Assembly (NCBI GenBank): GCA_963736855.1
Contig: CAVTQK010000015.1
Coordinates: forward strand, 704,001 to 768,000
Direction: 5' to 3'
Length of the DNA: 64,000 nt
Source: an uncultured delta proteobacterium
GTDB lineage: Bacteria > Desulfobacterota > Desulfobacteria > Desulfobacterales > UBA2156
Part shown: piece after piece, positions 63,219 through 64,000 of the stretch
Numbering within the stretch: position 1 is the stretch's first letter
Layout: every line of letters starts with the position of its first letter
Notes under the pieces: model-generated
Databases searched by the model: none
Seen by the model: the letters and a program-made list of their open reading frames with translations, nothing else
What the model was told of the DNA's origin: nothing
Made by a program: the position numbers and the translations under genes

Positions 63219-64000
63219 ATGGCACGAAGGTTCAATCCACGGCTGGTCGGCGCCTTCGTCCTGGCGGCCGCCGCGCTCGGGGTGGCCGCCTCCATCTGGC
63301 TGGGCTCGAACCGGGTCTTCCAGCGGAAGGTCCGCTTCGTGGTGGTCTTCTCCCAGGACATCGCCGGGCTCGAGGTGGACTCGCCGGTGAAGTTCCGCGG
63401 GGTGCCGGTGGGGAGGGTGGCGAGCATCCACCTCTCCATCGGCTCGCCCGAGGCGCCGCTCCAGCAGATGTTCATGCCGGTGGTCATCGAGCTCAACCAG
63501 ACGCGCATCCGGGAGATGGGGGAGAACACCGACCTCGGCAACCCGGAGGTGGTGAAGACGCTGGTCGAGCACGGGCTGCGGGCGCGGATCGCGCTCGAGA
63601 GCTTCCTGTCCGGGCGGCGCTACGTGGACCTGGACATCGTCTCCGATGCCCTGCCGCCGGAACCACCGCCCTTCGCCCTCACCTACCCGGCCATCCCCGC
63701 CCAGATCGAGCCCGGCCTGCTGTCGCTGCAGTCGGACGCCGCCAAGCTCATCGGAAAGCTGCAGTCGCTCGACCTGGACGGGCTCGTCGCCGACCTCCGC
63801 TCCGCGGCGAGAGGGGTGAGCCGGGCCTCGGGGCGGATCGACGAGGCGGGGCAGGGGCTTCCGCGCACGCTCGAGAGCATGGACCGGGCGCTCGCCGCCA
63901 TCCGCGACGCCGCCCGGGCGCTCGAGAAGGAGGTTCCCGCCGTGGCCGGGGACGCCCGCGCTTCCATGCAGCGTCTCGCGTCGGCCCTGGACCAGCTGGA
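63219..64000 (+). CDS. mlaD: MlaD/MCE protein (runs off the window)
   Basis: Manual translation gives MARRFNPRLVGAFVL...FSQDIAGLEVDSPVKFRGVPVGRV...GLRARI...LSGRRYVDLD. Confidence 0.88.
   Translation, partial: MARRFNPRLVGAFVLAAAALGVAASIWLGSNRVFQRKVRFVVVFSQDIAGLEVDSPVKFRGVPVGRVASIHLSIGSPEAPLQQMFMPVVIELNQTRIREMGENTDLGNPEVVKTLVEHGLRARIALESFLSGRRYVDLDIVSDALPPEPPPFALTYPAIPAQIEPGLLSLQSDAAKLIGKLQSLDLDGLVADLRSAARGVSRASGRIDEAGQGLPRTLESMDRALAAIRDAARALEKEVPAVAGDARASMQRLASALDQL

Noticed and set aside
30990..64000. A 33-kb horizontally acquired high-GC island
   Set aside because: The content is housekeeping, there is no integrase or att site at the border, and genes on both sides are cut mid-frame.

Overview
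The window is a composite rather than one contiguous locus. Bases 1 to ~30990 look like a moderate-GC deltaproteobacterium (Desulfobacterota-like). Bases ~30990 to 64000 are very GC-rich and Anaeromyxobacter/Myxococcota-like. These assignments are judged by eye from composition and protein style. Genes are cut mid-sequence at ~29025, ~30990 and ~49386, and many housekeeping genes carry single-base frameshifts typical of low-coverage long-read consensus. The left half holds iorA, a membrane-anchored GTPase that closely follows the eukaryotic EHD motif set, and tRNA-Pro(CGG) with a ~3.8 kb integrase islet (Panacea toxin-antitoxin pair) apparently inserted at the tRNA 5' end. It then has purA, tadA divergent from its substrate tRNA-Arg(ACG), and an accessory tract (LysM/PG-binding protein, metalloprotease, IS debris, two TA pairs, attC-like sites). 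Further on are a TRAP + 2-oxoacid dehydrogenase E1a/E1b/E2 + AhpD operon with no E3, a REC-PAS-LuxR regulator, and a PEP-CTERM locus with GNAT acyltransferase, ThiF, MMPL, LolA-like and barrel genes separated by 7-bp periodic tracts. The right half holds an M1 peptidase, pirin, methyltransferase, RND pump, carbonic anhydrase, an Asn/Asp catabolic module (dcu-aspA-ansB-DcaP, aspT), acyl-CoA synthetase, an ATP-grasp/esterase pair, Tsx + uracil permease, argJ and mlaEFD. No CRISPR array or rRNA was seen. The best leads are the EHD-like protein, the 5'-tRNA islet with a PanAT pair, the E3-less dehydrogenase-AhpD operon, and the PEP-CTERM acyl-amino-acid synthesis/export module. All family assignments come from motif recognition, not database searches.
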